Assembly: GCF_009834535.1 (NCBI RefSeq)
Contig: NC_045696.1
Location: 56,608,001 to 56,672,000 of the forward strand
Direction: 5' to 3'
DNA length: 64,000 nucleotides
Source of the DNA: Camelus ferus
Lineage: Eukaryota
Shown here: positions 37,188 to 50,790 of the stretch, one piece after another
How positions within the stretch are numbered: position 1 is the first letter of the stretch
Layout of the letters: each line of letters opens with the position of its first letter
Notes under the pieces: model-generated
What the model was told of the DNA's origin: nothing
Databases searched by the model: none
What the model saw: the letters and a program-made list of their open reading frames with translations, nothing else
Made by a program: the position numbers and the translations under genes

Positions 37188-37609
37188 TTTTTATACCTCA
37201 GTGTAGAGATAGATAATGGGGGCCCAAAAGGGGCAGAGGTGCAGCTGGAGAGGAGGGGATGGATGTGAGCAATATTCACCCTGAGATTTAGGACTTCAAA
37301 ACTGGTAAAATGCAGTGCCAGAGAGAGGGGAGTGGGGAAAGCTCCACAAGGACTCTGGGTCTCAAACTTGAGCTCCTGGATGGAGTCTGATGCCTTGAAC
37401 TGAACTAGAGAATGCATTTTGGGGTAAGAAAGTAAATCCAATTTTGGATATGTAGGAGAAAGTGGCATCTGGCACTGTGATGTCATTTAGAAGAGTGAAA
37501 GTACCCACTTTGCCAAAAGCATCTTTTCAAACTGCTTACCCTGGTGCTTGAAATTCTGTATTACTCATTCCTTTGACTTGCTTTTTCCAGAATCCTATTT
37601 TTAAAATGC

Positions 37610-37910
37610 TCCTGAGATTATTGATAATTTTGTTACGTGTGATAATAGCATTGTGGTTATGTAGGAAAAAGACCTTCTTAAAGGTTAGAAATATATGCTG
37701 AAGTATTTATGGGTAAAATAAAACACCGTCAGAGTTTGCTTTAAAATAGTACAGCAAAAACAAAAGTGAAATACGTAGGGGGATAGATAAAATGACACAG
37801 GCAAATATTTAAAATTGTAAAAGCTGAGGGATGAGTACATGGTGTTGGTTCATTATACCATTTCCTCTCCTTTTGTGTATATTTGAAGATTTCCATAATA
37901 AAAAAAAAAT
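37610..37910 (+). mobile_element. L1ME-like 3' end
   Basis: gtgtgataatagcattgtggttatgtagg...tgtgtatatttgaagatttccataataaaaaaa. Confidence 0.7.
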
Positions 37911-39216
37911 AGAAGTTACCCTGATATTTTAAAAATGCTCCTGGGAGGACATCATACCCAACTGTCTTTACCGCGTGTGGAAAAACCACCACAAAAGTGC
38001 ATTTTAAAATTTTGACTGGATTTTTTATCTCTAGAATATTTAGAAGAAAAGGGAGGCTGATCTTTTAAAGAGACAGGTTTATAGGAGCTGGATTTTAAAA
38101 GAGAGAAGAAACTAGGATTCAGATGTAGGACAGCATACATTTTGCCAACTGTTTGATCCTTCCTACCATTCTCCAGAGAGGAAGATGGCATCTAACAACT
38201 TTCCATCATGCCTCACCACAATGGTCTTACATCAGGTGCTTTGAATGCATGATCTTATTTTATCTCCAAAACTCTGTCTAGGGATCCATTTCATAGATGA
38301 GGAAACTGAGGCTAGAGAGGCTAGGTCTTTTGTCTAAAGATCACAGGGTGATAAACTGCAAAGGCATTGGAACAGGAGCCTAGGTTTGAAGCTCCATGTG
38401 TCTAGCTCCAAAGTTTGCTATGTTCCACAGACTTCAGACTTGCTCACAATGGGTGGCCTAGGTCAGCTTGCCATTCAGAGTAGTCACTCATAAACTGGTT
38501 CCCACTGAATTGATTTTCTGGGGACTGGCTGCTTCTGCTCAAGACAAGCCTAAACCAAAAGAAATTAAGAGCATGCCCTTTTGGGCAGGGATGGTAAGGC
38601 AATAAGTGTTTATAGACCAGGTTGGGAGTCAAGGAAGCAAGAGCCTATGGCATTGCCAGGGGACGCCAGAAAAACTGGAGGTGGGCATGGGCACAGCATC
38701 TGGAAGAGCCAATAGCACATGAGAAGCAAAGATAAACTGAACTTTAAAAAGCAGATAACTCTATGAGTAAATGCAAAATGTTTAGAGAATTGGTATTTAT
38801 TTAAGTACTTATTTATATTTCTTCTTCATTTTTTAAGCAACTTTAAGTTCAAATACAGGAGACAATTAAGTAAATTATAATTATTTCCTCTTGTTGGAAT
38901 TTTATGTACCCATAATATTATGGATATCATTATACATAATAAAGAGTATAGAAAAATGCTTACTTAAAATCTTAAGTAAAAAAGCAGAATACAGTATATC
39001 TATAGCATGATTACAATGTTTTGAAAAATCTTCTACAAGGAAAAAAGTTTGGAAAAACATGACAAAAAATCCTGTGATTGTCCTTAGGTTGTAGAAATAC
39101 AGATTTTAAAAAGTATTTTGATTTTTCATTCCATTTAAAATTTTTCCTCTAATGAAATGTATTAATTTTGGAATGGAAAAATGTTAAGAAATAAACTGGA
39201 GAACTTCATTTTACTT

Positions 39217-39345
39217 AAAAAAAAAAATTGGGGGGGGCAGAGGTAATTAGGTTTATTTATTTATTCAATGGAGGTACTGGGGAATTGAACACAGGACCTC
39301 ATGCATGCTAAGTATGCACTCTACCACTGAGCTATATACCTCCCC
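39217..39345 (-). mobile_element. tRNA-derived SINE (camelid Vic-1-like) with 12-bp TSD
   Basis: Reverse complement ggggaggtatatagctcagtggtagagtgcatacttagcatgcatgaggtcctg; TSD ttcattttactt at 39205-39216 and 39346-39357. Confidence 0.9.
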
Positions 39346-40544
39346 TTCATTTTACTTTTTATTCTTATTTAATCCAGGGTAATGAAGATGCTTATAGGAA
39401 TAAACATATTTATGGTTTCATGTTGAGACCATATTGGTGCTGCATTTTAGAAAGCTAGAATCAACCCAGGCAAAAATGTCAACTGTATCTTTTACTTGAA
39501 TAGAGAACTTCTCTCTGAGACTATTAAAAGCTGTTCTGCACCCACCCATAATATCTACAGAGCTCCTTCCCAGAGGGGAGTGGTTTCTGCTAGCTGACTC
39601 CGGAACTGAAATAGGCTATCTGTCATTTGGAAACATGAAATTCAGTCACTTTCTTGAAGACACTTTTACTAAAGCCTAAGAAAAGAAATATGAATGATTT
39701 CATTATAATCCAATCAGGACTGGAGCAGCCTGTGCACTGGGTCCTGAGGCAGGCTCTTCAGGGGATGTTGAGTAAGAAACGGAACTTGCTCTTAAAGGAG
39801 AGGGAGAGAAAAACAACTATAACATTGCCTGTAGCATCAAGTAGAATAAAAGAAGTAGCACACATACTTAGGGGAGAGAAAAATCATCTTTACTTGGAGG
39901 TTTTATGGAAAAGTTTCCAGAAAATTGGACATTTAAAGTGGACCTTGATGGACATAAGATTTCAGTTGGCCACAGACAGCAGGGAGGGCACAGGGCGTTA
40001 ATGATGGAGGGAAGAATATCATCAAGCAATGGAAAAAATGCGCAACACTTTCTGTTCCAAATTTCTTAAAAATGCAAGAGGCCCTGTAAACTAAGAACTC
40101 GAGGAGTCGTGGCTTGGCCGGTGGCTGTGTTTTGTTTTGCTGACTATAGAGTTGGAGGCAGGTGAAGGGCGAGGCAGCTTGGCTCAAGGGGCTCCCAGAG
40201 CCAACTTGGCAGGGGGCAAACGAAGAGGGATGAGACAGCTCTGAACTGCAGAAGTAAGAACTAGGGGGAAAAGCAGAGATGTTTAAAGGGCACTGTTAGG
40301 GCATTTTGTTTGTGAGGAACCCCCTCCTCTGTAATCACACAAAATCTGCAGTAAAAATCTACATTTCTGGACAATGGTTTTGGATTTGAATTTTTAATCT
40401 GGGGTTGGGAGCAGAAGGGGAAGAGGTGATGAATGTGGAGTATGGCCTGGAAGTAAGATGGGATGAAAGCAGAGGCAGTAAGAAGGGCGCAGGCATGTTT
40501 GGCTAATACATTCTCTTTGACATGAAGAAAGGCAGCTGGTCATT

Positions 40545-41140
40545 TATTCATTCACCACTGCTATGATGTGCCAGGCACTGTGCTAGTGTTAGGATGCAGG
40601 GTGAGCCAAGCCTGAAACAGTCCTGGTCTTCAAAGAGCCTACATTCTAATGTGAAGGGTGGGGAGGGGAGAGACAGGGATGAACTAAATAATACAAAATG
40701 TAAAATTAGGATTGTAGTTAGTGTTATGAAGGAGAGGTCTATAGTACTATAGCTCACAGGAGAATTGGACCTTGTTGGTTAGTTAAGGGACTATAGAATT
40801 GAGTGAGTTCTGAAGGATGAATAGGACTATGGAGTGTAATGTTTAAGACAGGGTGAAAAGTAAGTGCAAAGGCTCTGTGGAAGGGAAGAACTACAGTATG
40901 GCTAGAGCACATTCAGTGATGGGGAGCATAGAGCGAAGTGTAGCTGGAGAGTTAGGGAGCAGACCTCAGCGGGTCTTGAAGTCATTTAAGAATTTAATTA
41001 GGGGAGACAGGATAACATATATTTTAAAAGGTCACTCTGGCTGCCGTATGGAAAAAAAACCGAAGTATGGCAGATGTGCACGTATATACGAAAACCAACT
41101 AGGAGGCTATTGCTTTTCCCAAGCAAAGATGATGACAGGG
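40545..41140 (-). mobile_element. L2 fragment
   Basis: ttattcattcacc..tgtgccaggcactgtgctag...ttttaaaaggtcactctggctgc...taggaggctattgc. Confidence 0.7.
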
Positions 41141-41619
41141 CAGAACTTTATCCCAAAGAAGAAAGCATGACATAGTCTCAGCTAAGAGGATTAACCCTCT
41201 TTTATGTTAAATTGACAGCCTGCAAGAAAATGTCACCTTACACTTTGTTGGGAACTTATTGATCCTTTCAAGTACAAATATGTGCTTATGTAAGTGATTT
41301 TAGTAATAAGAACAGATATATGACTAGGATGAAAAGACTGTCTCTGAAGAAGGGGAATACAAAATGTAATATTCATAAGCTTTTGGATATGTCTACATGA
41401 CAGATGTGTTTCTAAGTGTATTGTATATTTTAAGCAGAAATCTTTTTTTTTCCCCTGGTTGATTTGTATACAGCACAATAAATGGATGGAGTGAGCGAAC
41501 CATTATGTATGAGTTGCTTTGTCTTTATGGTAAAAACAATTCACAGATCCATGCACATTAAAATGTTTCCATCTCACCTTCAGTTCACCCTGTGTATTCT
41601 AATTTCCCTCAAGGAGAAA

Positions 41620-42745
41620 TTAACAAACCACAATGGCATTGGAAGATTATAATACACCTCTATATTAAAAATAGATCAAGTAGACAACGATGAATAAAGA
41701 TATGAAAGATCCAAACCACACAATTAACAAGCTTGATTTAACCTTGCATTCAGTGAATATAGAATATACATTCTTTTTAAGCTCACATGGAACTATTATA
41801 AAATAACTATGTATACATGGAGAATATAACCAATATTTTATGATAACTATAAATGGAATACAACCTTTAAAAACTGAGTCACTATATCGTACACCTGTAA
41901 CTTACATAATATTGTACAGCAACTACACTTCAATAAAAATAACTATGTATTCTTACAAGGGTGTACTCACTTTGTAATAAGTCACTGAACAGCATATGTA
42001 TAATTTATGCATTTTTCTATATGTTTACATTAGGTTACATTTCAATAAAATGTTTTTTTAAAAACAAAACAAAACGAACTGAACAAAAAACTGATCACTA
42101 TGAAGTCCTAAAGAGAGTCTCGGCAAATTTAAAAGGACTAATATTATACAAAGTTCTCAAACAATACAGCTATTAAATTAGAAATTAACAATAAAAAGAT
42201 AGACCAAAAAAACCTTTTACATTCCTAAATAACTAATGGGTTATGGGAAAAAACATAATGGAAATTATAAGCTACTCAGAGTTACATGACAATAAAAATA
42301 CTAATAAAAACTTGTGGAGATGTAGCTCAAATGAAATGTACAGAATTACATGCATAAAAATTATAATACATATATAAACAAAAATAAATGGGATAAGCAT
42401 TCTGCTTAAGAAGCTGGAAAAAGAACACTGGAGTAATCTCAAGAAAAATAGAATAAGTAAGTATAAGAGGAAAAATTATTAATTAGAGATGATTAAAAAA
42501 TAAAATATAGGTTCTGTGAAAAGACAAGGTAGACAGAACTCTAGCAGTATTGATGAAGAAAAAAAGATGCAATAAATAAACAGTAATAGAAGCAAAAGAG
42601 AATCATAAAGACAGTGGAGACTGAAAAGATCATAAGATGAGAAACTATGGCAATAGGTTCAAAGCAAGATATTTAGCAAATGTAAATTACTGAAATTGAT
42701 TCCAAAAGAAAACCTGAACAAACCAACAACCATTACAAAAATGGC
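41620..42745 (+). mobile_element. Old L1 ORF2 5' fragment carrying a nested short L1 tail (41815-41935, 15-bp TSD aaaataactatgtat)
   Basis: ggaagattataatacacctct..., agaatatacattctttttaagctcacatggaac (endonuclease region); TSD at 41800-41814 and 41936-41950. Confidence 0.75.
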
Positions 42746-42769
42746 ACTGATAGCCAGCCATTTGGAAAT

Positions 42770-43300
42770 ATCCAGTCCTCCAATGTAATAGAAATCTATT
42801 GCAAATCTTGCAAAAGATGTGGAATTTCATGAAATTGATTAAAGTGATGTTGGTGAACTGCTAGATCCACATGCAAAGTCACTAATACAGGAGGATCTTA
42901 GAGTTGGACAAGGTAACAAATGAAAAAGAGAAAACCAATAAGAATGAGGATGACATCAGTGCATCGAAAGAAAATAATTTGGTTTCATAGATTTGGGAGA
43001 GAGCCTTGGGAAAACTGGACAATGCCCTCCAACACTTTTGCAAATATGACCCTGCTGCAAAAAATCAAATGCAGTTAAGGATAATGAGCTACATGAAAAT
43101 AATGTCCTCACAAATTAACACTTGATTTATAAGAATTAGCACACAGTATTAATTGTAACCTAAAATGTGTTAAATATAAGATAAATTCATTTTCATAAAT
43201 TTTTGGCTGTATTATTTCAAGATAAAGTCCCAATCCAGTCTTTTTCTTTCACTGTGTAATCTAGGTCTCCATCTTAAATAGATTCACTCTAAGAGGGCCT
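42770..43300 (+). mobile_element. TcMar-Tigger transposase C-terminal remnant
   Basis: Translation near 42797-42900 IANLAKDVEFHEID*SDVGELLDPHAKSLIQEDL resembles the Tigger/pogo C-terminal acidic region. Confidence 0.55.
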
Positions 43301-45029
43301 TTTCTGGGAAAAGGAAGACCTCTTGTAGTCATTTCTATGTTTCTCAAACAAGCAATATGGTACAAATCCCCTCAGGAAAATGTAAAAAATACAAACTCTT
43401 GGGTTCCCTTGCAAGATGAATTCTGAATCTCCAAGAGTAGGACAAAACCTAGGACTTCATATTTTTAACAGTCATTTGAAGGGATCTTTATGATAATAAA
43501 GTAAATGTGGAGATAACTCCCTTAACTCATCCAAAACAAAATGATGAAGTTTATTCTGTCTTTGTCTCTCTCCCTCTCTCTTAACATTAAAAGTCTTTTT
43601 TTTTTTTTTACCTTTGTCAGTTGGCTTGTACTCACTTGTATTCCTTTCTTTTTTCTTTTATTTTTTTACATGTCCTTTTCCTAGATCAGTGTCTAATCTA
43701 TAAACAAGAGGTTTCTGAAACTATTAATGTAGTCTTTAGAATGTACAACCTGTCCTCTTTTCATTTCGTTTTATTTTCTTAATATTTTTACACACCTTAG
43801 ACAAATCAGAACTTTCTCTTTCCCCCGCTCCTTTAAAATTGAGTGTGAGTAATCTGTCTCAAATTTCTTTTTTCTACATTCCCTCAGCCTGCATTCTCCT
43901 GAGTCCACTTTACTGTATATTCATTTGGACATTCAACTGCTTTGCAAATATTATCATATTCTATTCTTTCTGTACTGCCTGACTGTCAGCTCCTGGGAGA
44001 CAAACACCATGTCCTTCATTTCTTCTGTTTTTCCCCCACTGAGCCCAGAAGATTGACTAAGAATGACTAGTGTGCAGTATGCTTCACGTAGTGAGTGCTT
44101 AATAAATATTTTAAAACAGTATTAAAATGTTGAATAAATTTGACAGCAGCGCTGCTCCTTACCACTTCAAGTTCCAACACTTTCTAGGTCCCTTCTCTGC
44201 CTAGCAACCATTTCCCAACTACCTACATGTCCCCAGACATTTCATCCAGGCTGAAGCTCTCTTTTGATCCAGCTTTCCTTGCCTGAGTTATGGAAATATT
44301 GCTAACATGTTTTCCCCTAAGGAGTATCTGACTGCTACCCAAAAACCCTGCTGTGCAACCTGAGGTCGCCCTTTTTCTTTGGTGATAGTGGGTAAAGAAG
44401 GACAGTAAGGATGGAGAACGTTTCCTTTTCGGTTGCCCTCCTTCCCCCACCGCCCCTAATCATCTTTCACAGCAAGACACAATGCCTCTATGCTTACTTT
44501 CATATCTCTAAAGATGCTTTTTTTCTTAGCACCTGAAGAGCGCTAATAATTTTACGTTAAGAGGTTTTAGTATTTTTAACTCAGATATTGTTTCTTCGCA
44601 TGGTTTATTCAATACATTTTTCCCCCTGACCTAGTATAATCAGGCAGGCAACACTTTTAACATCATTCTCCTATTAAAAATGCCTTTGAAAAACACTATT
44701 CTGCTTATGTTGTATGTATCTAAAGTAGTAACGTACAGAAAAGATCATTTTCTTTTTCTTGGATAAGAAATTGTGTTTTGCAAAGTATGTTGGCATCTAT
44801 TTATTACTTTACTTAATTCTCACAACAACTTTGCTAGGTGGACAGGAGTCATTATCTCCAGGATATGGAACAGGAAACTCCAAGAAGTTAAGTGTCATGT
44901 CCCAGGTCACAGAACTGGACCCACACTGAAACAGAATTCCACAGTCAGTCTCATTTCCCATCTCTGCCAGCTCAACTTCACAGAATAAGCTCTATATGTC
45001 GACAGAGATAAGGCTGCTAGGAAGGAACA

Positions 45030-45620
45030 ACAAGCGACAGATTCCGGAGGCTGACAGGGGAAGGGGGGAAGGGGTGGGGAAGGCGAGGAAAGTACCTAGC
45101 GCACGCGCAGATCGCCACTAGAGGGCCAGGACAGGGAGGAGGGTTGAGGAAAAAAGCAGCACTCCTTGCCAAACTCCATCTTCAACCTCTGGCTAACGCG
45201 CAGGCGCACTTCCTCAGGACTCAGGTAGAATGAAGCGGGCGGGCCTCGGAGTCGCGCAGGCGCGGTTGTGCGCGGGGCTGCCAAGATGTCGTCCTCCAAG
45301 TACGAGCCGTCCCGCCTAGCCACCCAACCCTCTACCCTCGACCCAGCTGAATACGACATATCTCCGGAAGCCCGGAAGGCACAAGCCGAGCGGTTGGCCA
45401 TAAGATCCCGGCTTAAACGAGAGTACCTACTTCAGTACAACGACCCCAGCCGCCGAGGGGTCATCGTGAGTGAGGGGCCGACCGGGTGGGAACCTAGGGC
45501 CAGAGTCTGGGCGGCCCCGTCGGACTTGGCGGCCCAGACTCGCCAAGGGGGACCGCACTGCGGGGCGGCCACCGTTCCCGAATTGTATTTTAGACGTGCG
45601 TCCTTGTCCAGGCCCAGGAG
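45030..45620 (+). promoter_or_regulatory. NDUFB4 CpG-island promoter with three NRF1-like motifs, an ETS motif and a CTCF motif
   Basis: GCGCACGCGCA 45099-45109, CGCGCAGGCGCA 45197-45208, CGCGCAGGCGCG 45253-45264; CACTTCCT 45207-45214; CCACTAGAGGGC 45115-45126; no TATA box seen. Confidence 0.8.
45286..45465 (+). CDS. NDUFB4: NADH:ubiquinone oxidoreductase subunit B4 (B15), coding exon 1 (aa 1-60)
   Basis: [60 protein letters not shown]; start context gccaagATG; donor GTGAGT at 45466. Confidence 0.98.
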
Positions 45621-46899
45621 CAGACCAATTCATTCGCCCTTTGACCTTGGGCAGACAGCTTGGTGGTCAAGAGGACGGGTTTTGGTTTCACACTGGCTGA
45701 GTTTGAGTCTCGGCTTAATCACTTCCCGCCTGAGTGATCTTGAAAAAGTCATTCAGCTCTGATGCTTAGCCTCGACTTTCCTACCATGAAAATGGGACTA
45801 CTATAATACTGCCTATCTTATGAGGATCAAAGGAGATATGGCACGTGACCGGCCAACACAGTGCTTGGTTGGTAATGAATGTTCAGAAAATGGGGGGGGG
45901 TGTATTTCTTTTAAAGCTGTTTTCCACTTTTCAATTAACAGTTCATAGCAATACTGGTCTCCCCTAATGGGACTATAGTGATAATAGTCTGTAGATATAA
46001 ATGACTATAGATATAAACTTCAGTTTATATTTTTTGAAGACTTAAACACCCTACAGCTTGGGGCTTTGGAGTCAGAGGCCAAGGCACTACAACAGGCGAA
46101 CTGTATGACCTTGTGCAATATCCTGAACCCTTCTGAACCTTAGTGTTCTGATTTTCACATATGGAAATGGTAGTACATTCTTCACTCCTAGCACATAATA
46201 CATGTCCAGTAAACTGATAGCTATTATTATTTAAGAAGTGTGCTTTTAGATAAGTTTCTGTACAAGAGCTGTTTAAATATGATTTAAAAAATTTTTTTTC
46301 CCCCCAACAGTTGTTTTGGTATTCTGTAGGAATTTTAGGAAATTGTAAGGACTGAAGGAAATTTACAATGTGCCGGGCACTACTGAAACTCTTTATATAT
46401 GATATTCAAATACCACAGCTATTTAAAGAGTTAAGCTCTATTACTGTCCCCATTTTACAGATGAGAAAGATAACATAGGAGGGACAAGTATGTCATAAAG
46501 TGATACTCCGTTAGCAAGTGATAGAGCAGAATTTGAACCGAGTCTGTGTAACCCAAAGCATTTCTTAACCAGTTGGCTGTATTGTCTCCAGCCAGAACCC
46601 TTGTTTACTTGGGAGAAGTTGTGGAATGAAACATTCATTATGTACATACTCACATGATTGGGTTTGATATGCCAGATGGTAAGATGTAGTTTAAAAAAAA
46701 ATGAGGCCCTGAGTCAGAATTGAAGTTTAAACTCCAGGTTTTCTCTTTTCCATTTCTGTGACCCAGAGCAGTTTTAGTTTTGCCATGTAAAACACATTTT
46801 ACAGCTGCCTCATTGGTTGTTCAGTTTTTTTGTTAGGTTAATGAGTGCCTGAGATAATCATATATTGAGCAGTACAAGGAAATTCCTTACCTAATCTTT

Positions 46900-48200
46900 A
46901 TGAATGATTGGTTCAGTGATAAATAATTGCTTGGGGTCTATTTATGCCAGGCCCTGTTTTAGGGGCTGTGGTAACAGTGAAGAACAAAACAGGCAGGCTC
47001 CTGTCCTCAGAAAGCTTTCTTTCCAGTGGGAGACAAGTAATAAGTTAAAAAAAATTGAATCATTTAGCATGTTAGATAGTGGTAAGTGATAAGAAGAAAA
47101 ATAAAGCAAGGAAGGGGATTAGGAATGTGTGTATGTAGTCAGGAGGGAGAGCATCTGCAGTTTTAGAAAGGCTCAAGAAAGGCCTTGGTTGGAAGGTGAC
47201 ATTGGAGTAAAGATCTGAGAGAAGTGAAGTGAGGGAGCTAGCCATTCAGCTCTTTGAGAAAGTAGCATTTTAGGCAGAGGGGACAGCAGGTACAAGGATT
47301 CTTAGACAGGAGTGTGCCTGGTTAATCCCCCAAATACTGAAGAGACCATTGTGACTCAAGTGGAGAAAAGTGAGGACAGAGTAGGAAAAGATGTGATGGG
47401 AAAGGTAGCTGGGACTAGATCACGCCAGGCCTTGTAGGTCACTGTAAGGACTTTTCTGAGTCAGGAGTTCCATAATCAAGACTTAGATTTTAGCAACATC
47501 TCTGGCTGCTTAGTTTAAAAGAGACTATAGGGGGCAAAAGCAGGAGCAAGAAGACTAGTTAGGAATCTTTACAGTAATCTCTTAGTTGATAGTGGCTACA
47601 AAAGTAATGGCAGTGGAGTTGGTAAGAAGTGGTCAGTTCTGGTTATGGGTTGAAATTAGACCCAATCAGGTTTGCTGGCAGATTGGATATGTGGTGTAAG
47701 AGAAAGAGAGGAGTCAAGAATGAGTCCAAGGTTTTTGACCTAAGTGAAGAATGAAATTGCCTTTTACCGAGATAGGGAAGAATGTGAAAGGATCAGGGAT
47801 GGAGGTAGAATGGCATATTGGGAAGTCAATTTGGGATACATCACATTTGCTTGTTAGTATGTCAACATTGAGCAGGGAGTGGGATAGTAAGTACATCTGG
47901 AGTTCAGGGTGGAAATCTAGGGCTGGAGGCATAACTTTGGGAGTCATCACCCTTTAGATGGCTACTTAAAGCCATATGACTAAAGGAGATCATCAAGGGA
48001 GTGCATGTAGATAGGAAAGACCCACAAGGTCTGAGGTCCAGTATTAAGAGATTGGGAGATAAGGAGGAAGAGAGCAAAAAAGACTTAAGAAGGAATGGCC
48101 TGAGAATTAGTAGGAAAACCAAGTTGGTGTGTGCCCTGGAAGTGAAGTGAAGAAATGATTTCAAGGAGTGTTCACCATGTCAGATGCTGCCCATAGTCCT
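46900..48200 (-). mobile_element. Long L2 fragment in NDUFB4 intron 1
   Basis: tatgccaggccctgttttagggg...gagaaagagaggagtcaagaatgagtccaaggtttttgacc...tgtcagatgctgc. Confidence 0.8.
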
Positions 48201-49474
48201 CTGGACATGGAGTGGTGTCACAGGAGAACTGTCTCCCATGCCACGCTTTGGAACCTCTCTCAACAACAGTACCTCATTCAATGACCTATGGTCATGGGGA
48301 TCTTAGTATTTTTATGAAATGAAATGTCTGTTTCAAGAAGACAGACCTGGCAGGTATTAAAGTGTAGAGAGGTGACTGGTAGATTGAGAATTCTGGCATG
48401 GGAGAATCATTCAAATATGTTAATAGCAGGAAGGGATGGATACTAGAGTAGATAGAAAAATTTATCCTTTCAGGTGTGGAGTTCAAACGTCCCCTTGAAC
48501 CTGTATCTTGTGTCTTCACCTTCTTTACTATCTCTGCAAACAGTCTGGTTTAAAATGTTACTGTGGAAGATCCAGTTTAATTATTTTTGTCCTGTCAGTT
48601 ATGACTTCTTGCTGTTGGTTAAGACCTTGAATGTTCTCTTTACAGCTTAGTATTGAAGTTTTAAAGCTGATTTCATATGCTTATTTTTATCTGTCAGTTA
48701 ATTGGAGCAAATAATTTTCTAAAATCATTAGGGGATTTAGCTAATTAGATTTAATTTTGTGTTTAGGGTAGATTTGCTATTTTTACATAATTATTTCTGG
48801 TATAAATATATTAAAATTGATAATTACTTTGTTTCTTAACCAAGACAATCTGATTATTTTTCTTTAACAACCTTGTCCTTTTAAAAAACTATTTTAATAG
48901 TGTGAAATGTAGTAATTTTGCTCTTAAAATACTAGCCAAGTCAGCTCATAAAAAGTAAAGTTCAGAATTAGCCGACAGTCTTCCCCTTCCTGCAGTTTAT
49001 TTGTAGCCTGGAAAAGATCAGTGTAGGGTAGCATTAGAAAGGGTTCTGGAAATAAAGTACACAGTATGATAGAGCATACGAAATCTGTTTGTCTCCATTG
49101 GAAATACTGTGTGGTTCTGTTGGTCGTATTTCAAGAAAGACAGTGAAGCCAAAAACAATCCAGAAAAGAATAGGAAAAAATGATTTTAAAAAAAGTGCCT
49201 TCTCTGACAGCTTAAAATGATTGGGATTCTTATCTTAAATAAATAGAAAGCTGAAGGAGGATATGAGTCTTTTAAATTCTGAACAGGATCATCAGAGAAT
49301 TATTCAACAAATACTAGAAATGAGGGATCTTCCCTGAAGGTATTTAGGAATATTCAGGGTATACCCTTAACTGTGGAAGAGGACAAAGGCCATCTCCTGT
49401 GCTTCTCCACAAAGTGCTAATGAGACTGTTTCTCAGTGTAGAACTTAATCTCCTGTATCTTGTTTTCATTTTAG

Positions 49475-49621
49475 GAAGATCCTGCCTTGATTCGCTGGAC
49501 CTACGCAAGATCATCAAATATCTATCCCAATTTCAGACCCACTCCCAAGACCTCACTGTTAGGAGCTCTATTTGGAATTGGGCCCCTCTTCTTCTGGTTT
49601 TATGTTTTCAAAACTGACAGA
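49475..49621 (+). CDS. NDUFB4: NDUFB4 coding exon 2 (aa 61-109, includes the transmembrane helix)
   Basis: Acceptor ttttcatttt[51 protein letters not shown]; donor GTAAGT at 49622; phase 0/0. Confidence 0.98.
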
Positions 49622-50790
49622 GTAAGTATTAGGACCTGATATTCGGTACCTGTGTGATGCGTTTCCCCTGTGCTGGCTGCAGCTCTCTCTCCCGATGATT
49701 CTACTGCTGCTACTCCCATCTTGCTCTAGACTTTTCCTCACTTCCTCTTCTTTTATCTTGATTCCTTTCTAGCAGAGTTAAAACAGAAAGTTTCAAATGA
49801 TATGTTTCATTTTATGGTTTTATCTTTTCAACTTGTATAGAAATAAACTTTCTTAAAAACCATGATGGTCTCTGGGTCTTTCAAATTTAATTTAATGGCT
49901 GCTTTAGAATTTGAAGTAATAAATTAATCAGTTTAAATATCTAAGACTTGAACTTAGCTCATGAAAGAGTTTTCTTAGTGTGTTTTACATGATGTAAGGA
50001 AATTGTACTATGTATATTAAGCAAGAGAATACAGAAATAACTTAAAAAGTTAATTTTTTTCTCAGATGTACAGAAGTTAAACTTTTCTATTCTGATTAAC
50101 CTTTAGATGTTATCTTTGCAAATTTTTATATTTTGTTTTTTTATTTCATTGTTTTAAAAACATGTTTATTGGGCTAAGTATTAGCAGAATACATATATCA
50201 CTTAGTATGTTCTCTGTTTGCGTGATTATGTTGGTCACGCTTTGTGAATTAATGTTAAAACGTATTAATACTGTAACAGCAGAAAAGCAAAAGCAGCCTG
50301 TGGTGGGAATCACTGCCACCAGAGGCCTGGGTATGTGACTGCACAAAAAGCCAAGCTTATCTTTGACACTACACCCCCAGCCCCAGCTCCTCCTCGAGGC
50401 CTCATGTTACCATCTGCACTGGAGCCCACCCATGCAGCTGTGCCTTAAACTGGCCAACCCACTCTCCTGTACATATTTTGATTATCTGATAAATTATCAC
50501 TTAACAGAAAGGTAGGCCACACTTATCCAGAAGGTATTTGCATTCTGCTTTCAGTGTATGCTATTTAGTGGGGTAATATAATTCTACTTACTAAAATATA
50601 GATAAGATAGTTTTCAATAGGAGTGTTTTCTTATTGTCCCTTTATTTCTTCAGATTACTACTTCCTCACTCGTACTCTGTGTGCTTTAGCAGTGGGGGAT
50701 TGGAATTAGGTTTAGAGTATTTCATTCTGTTTTTCAGAGTCGTACCAGAATGCATTGTTTTTAATATACTTTCTTTCTTTGTCTCTACAG

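Noticed and set aside
45096..45700. Antisense and alternative-frame ORFs over the NDUFB4 CpG island
   Set aside because: GC-rich sequence is poor in stop codons; no recognisable protein.
45268..45762. 164-aa ORF as a single-exon or N-terminally extended NDUFB4
   Set aside because: It starts at a GTG upstream of the good-context ATG (45286) and reads through the canonical donor at 45466; spliced exons give the expected 129 aa.
49622..49639. Intron-2 read-through isoform ending VSIRT*
   Set aside because: Possible in principle, but the donor is a strong GTAAGT and nothing in the sequence alone supports its use.
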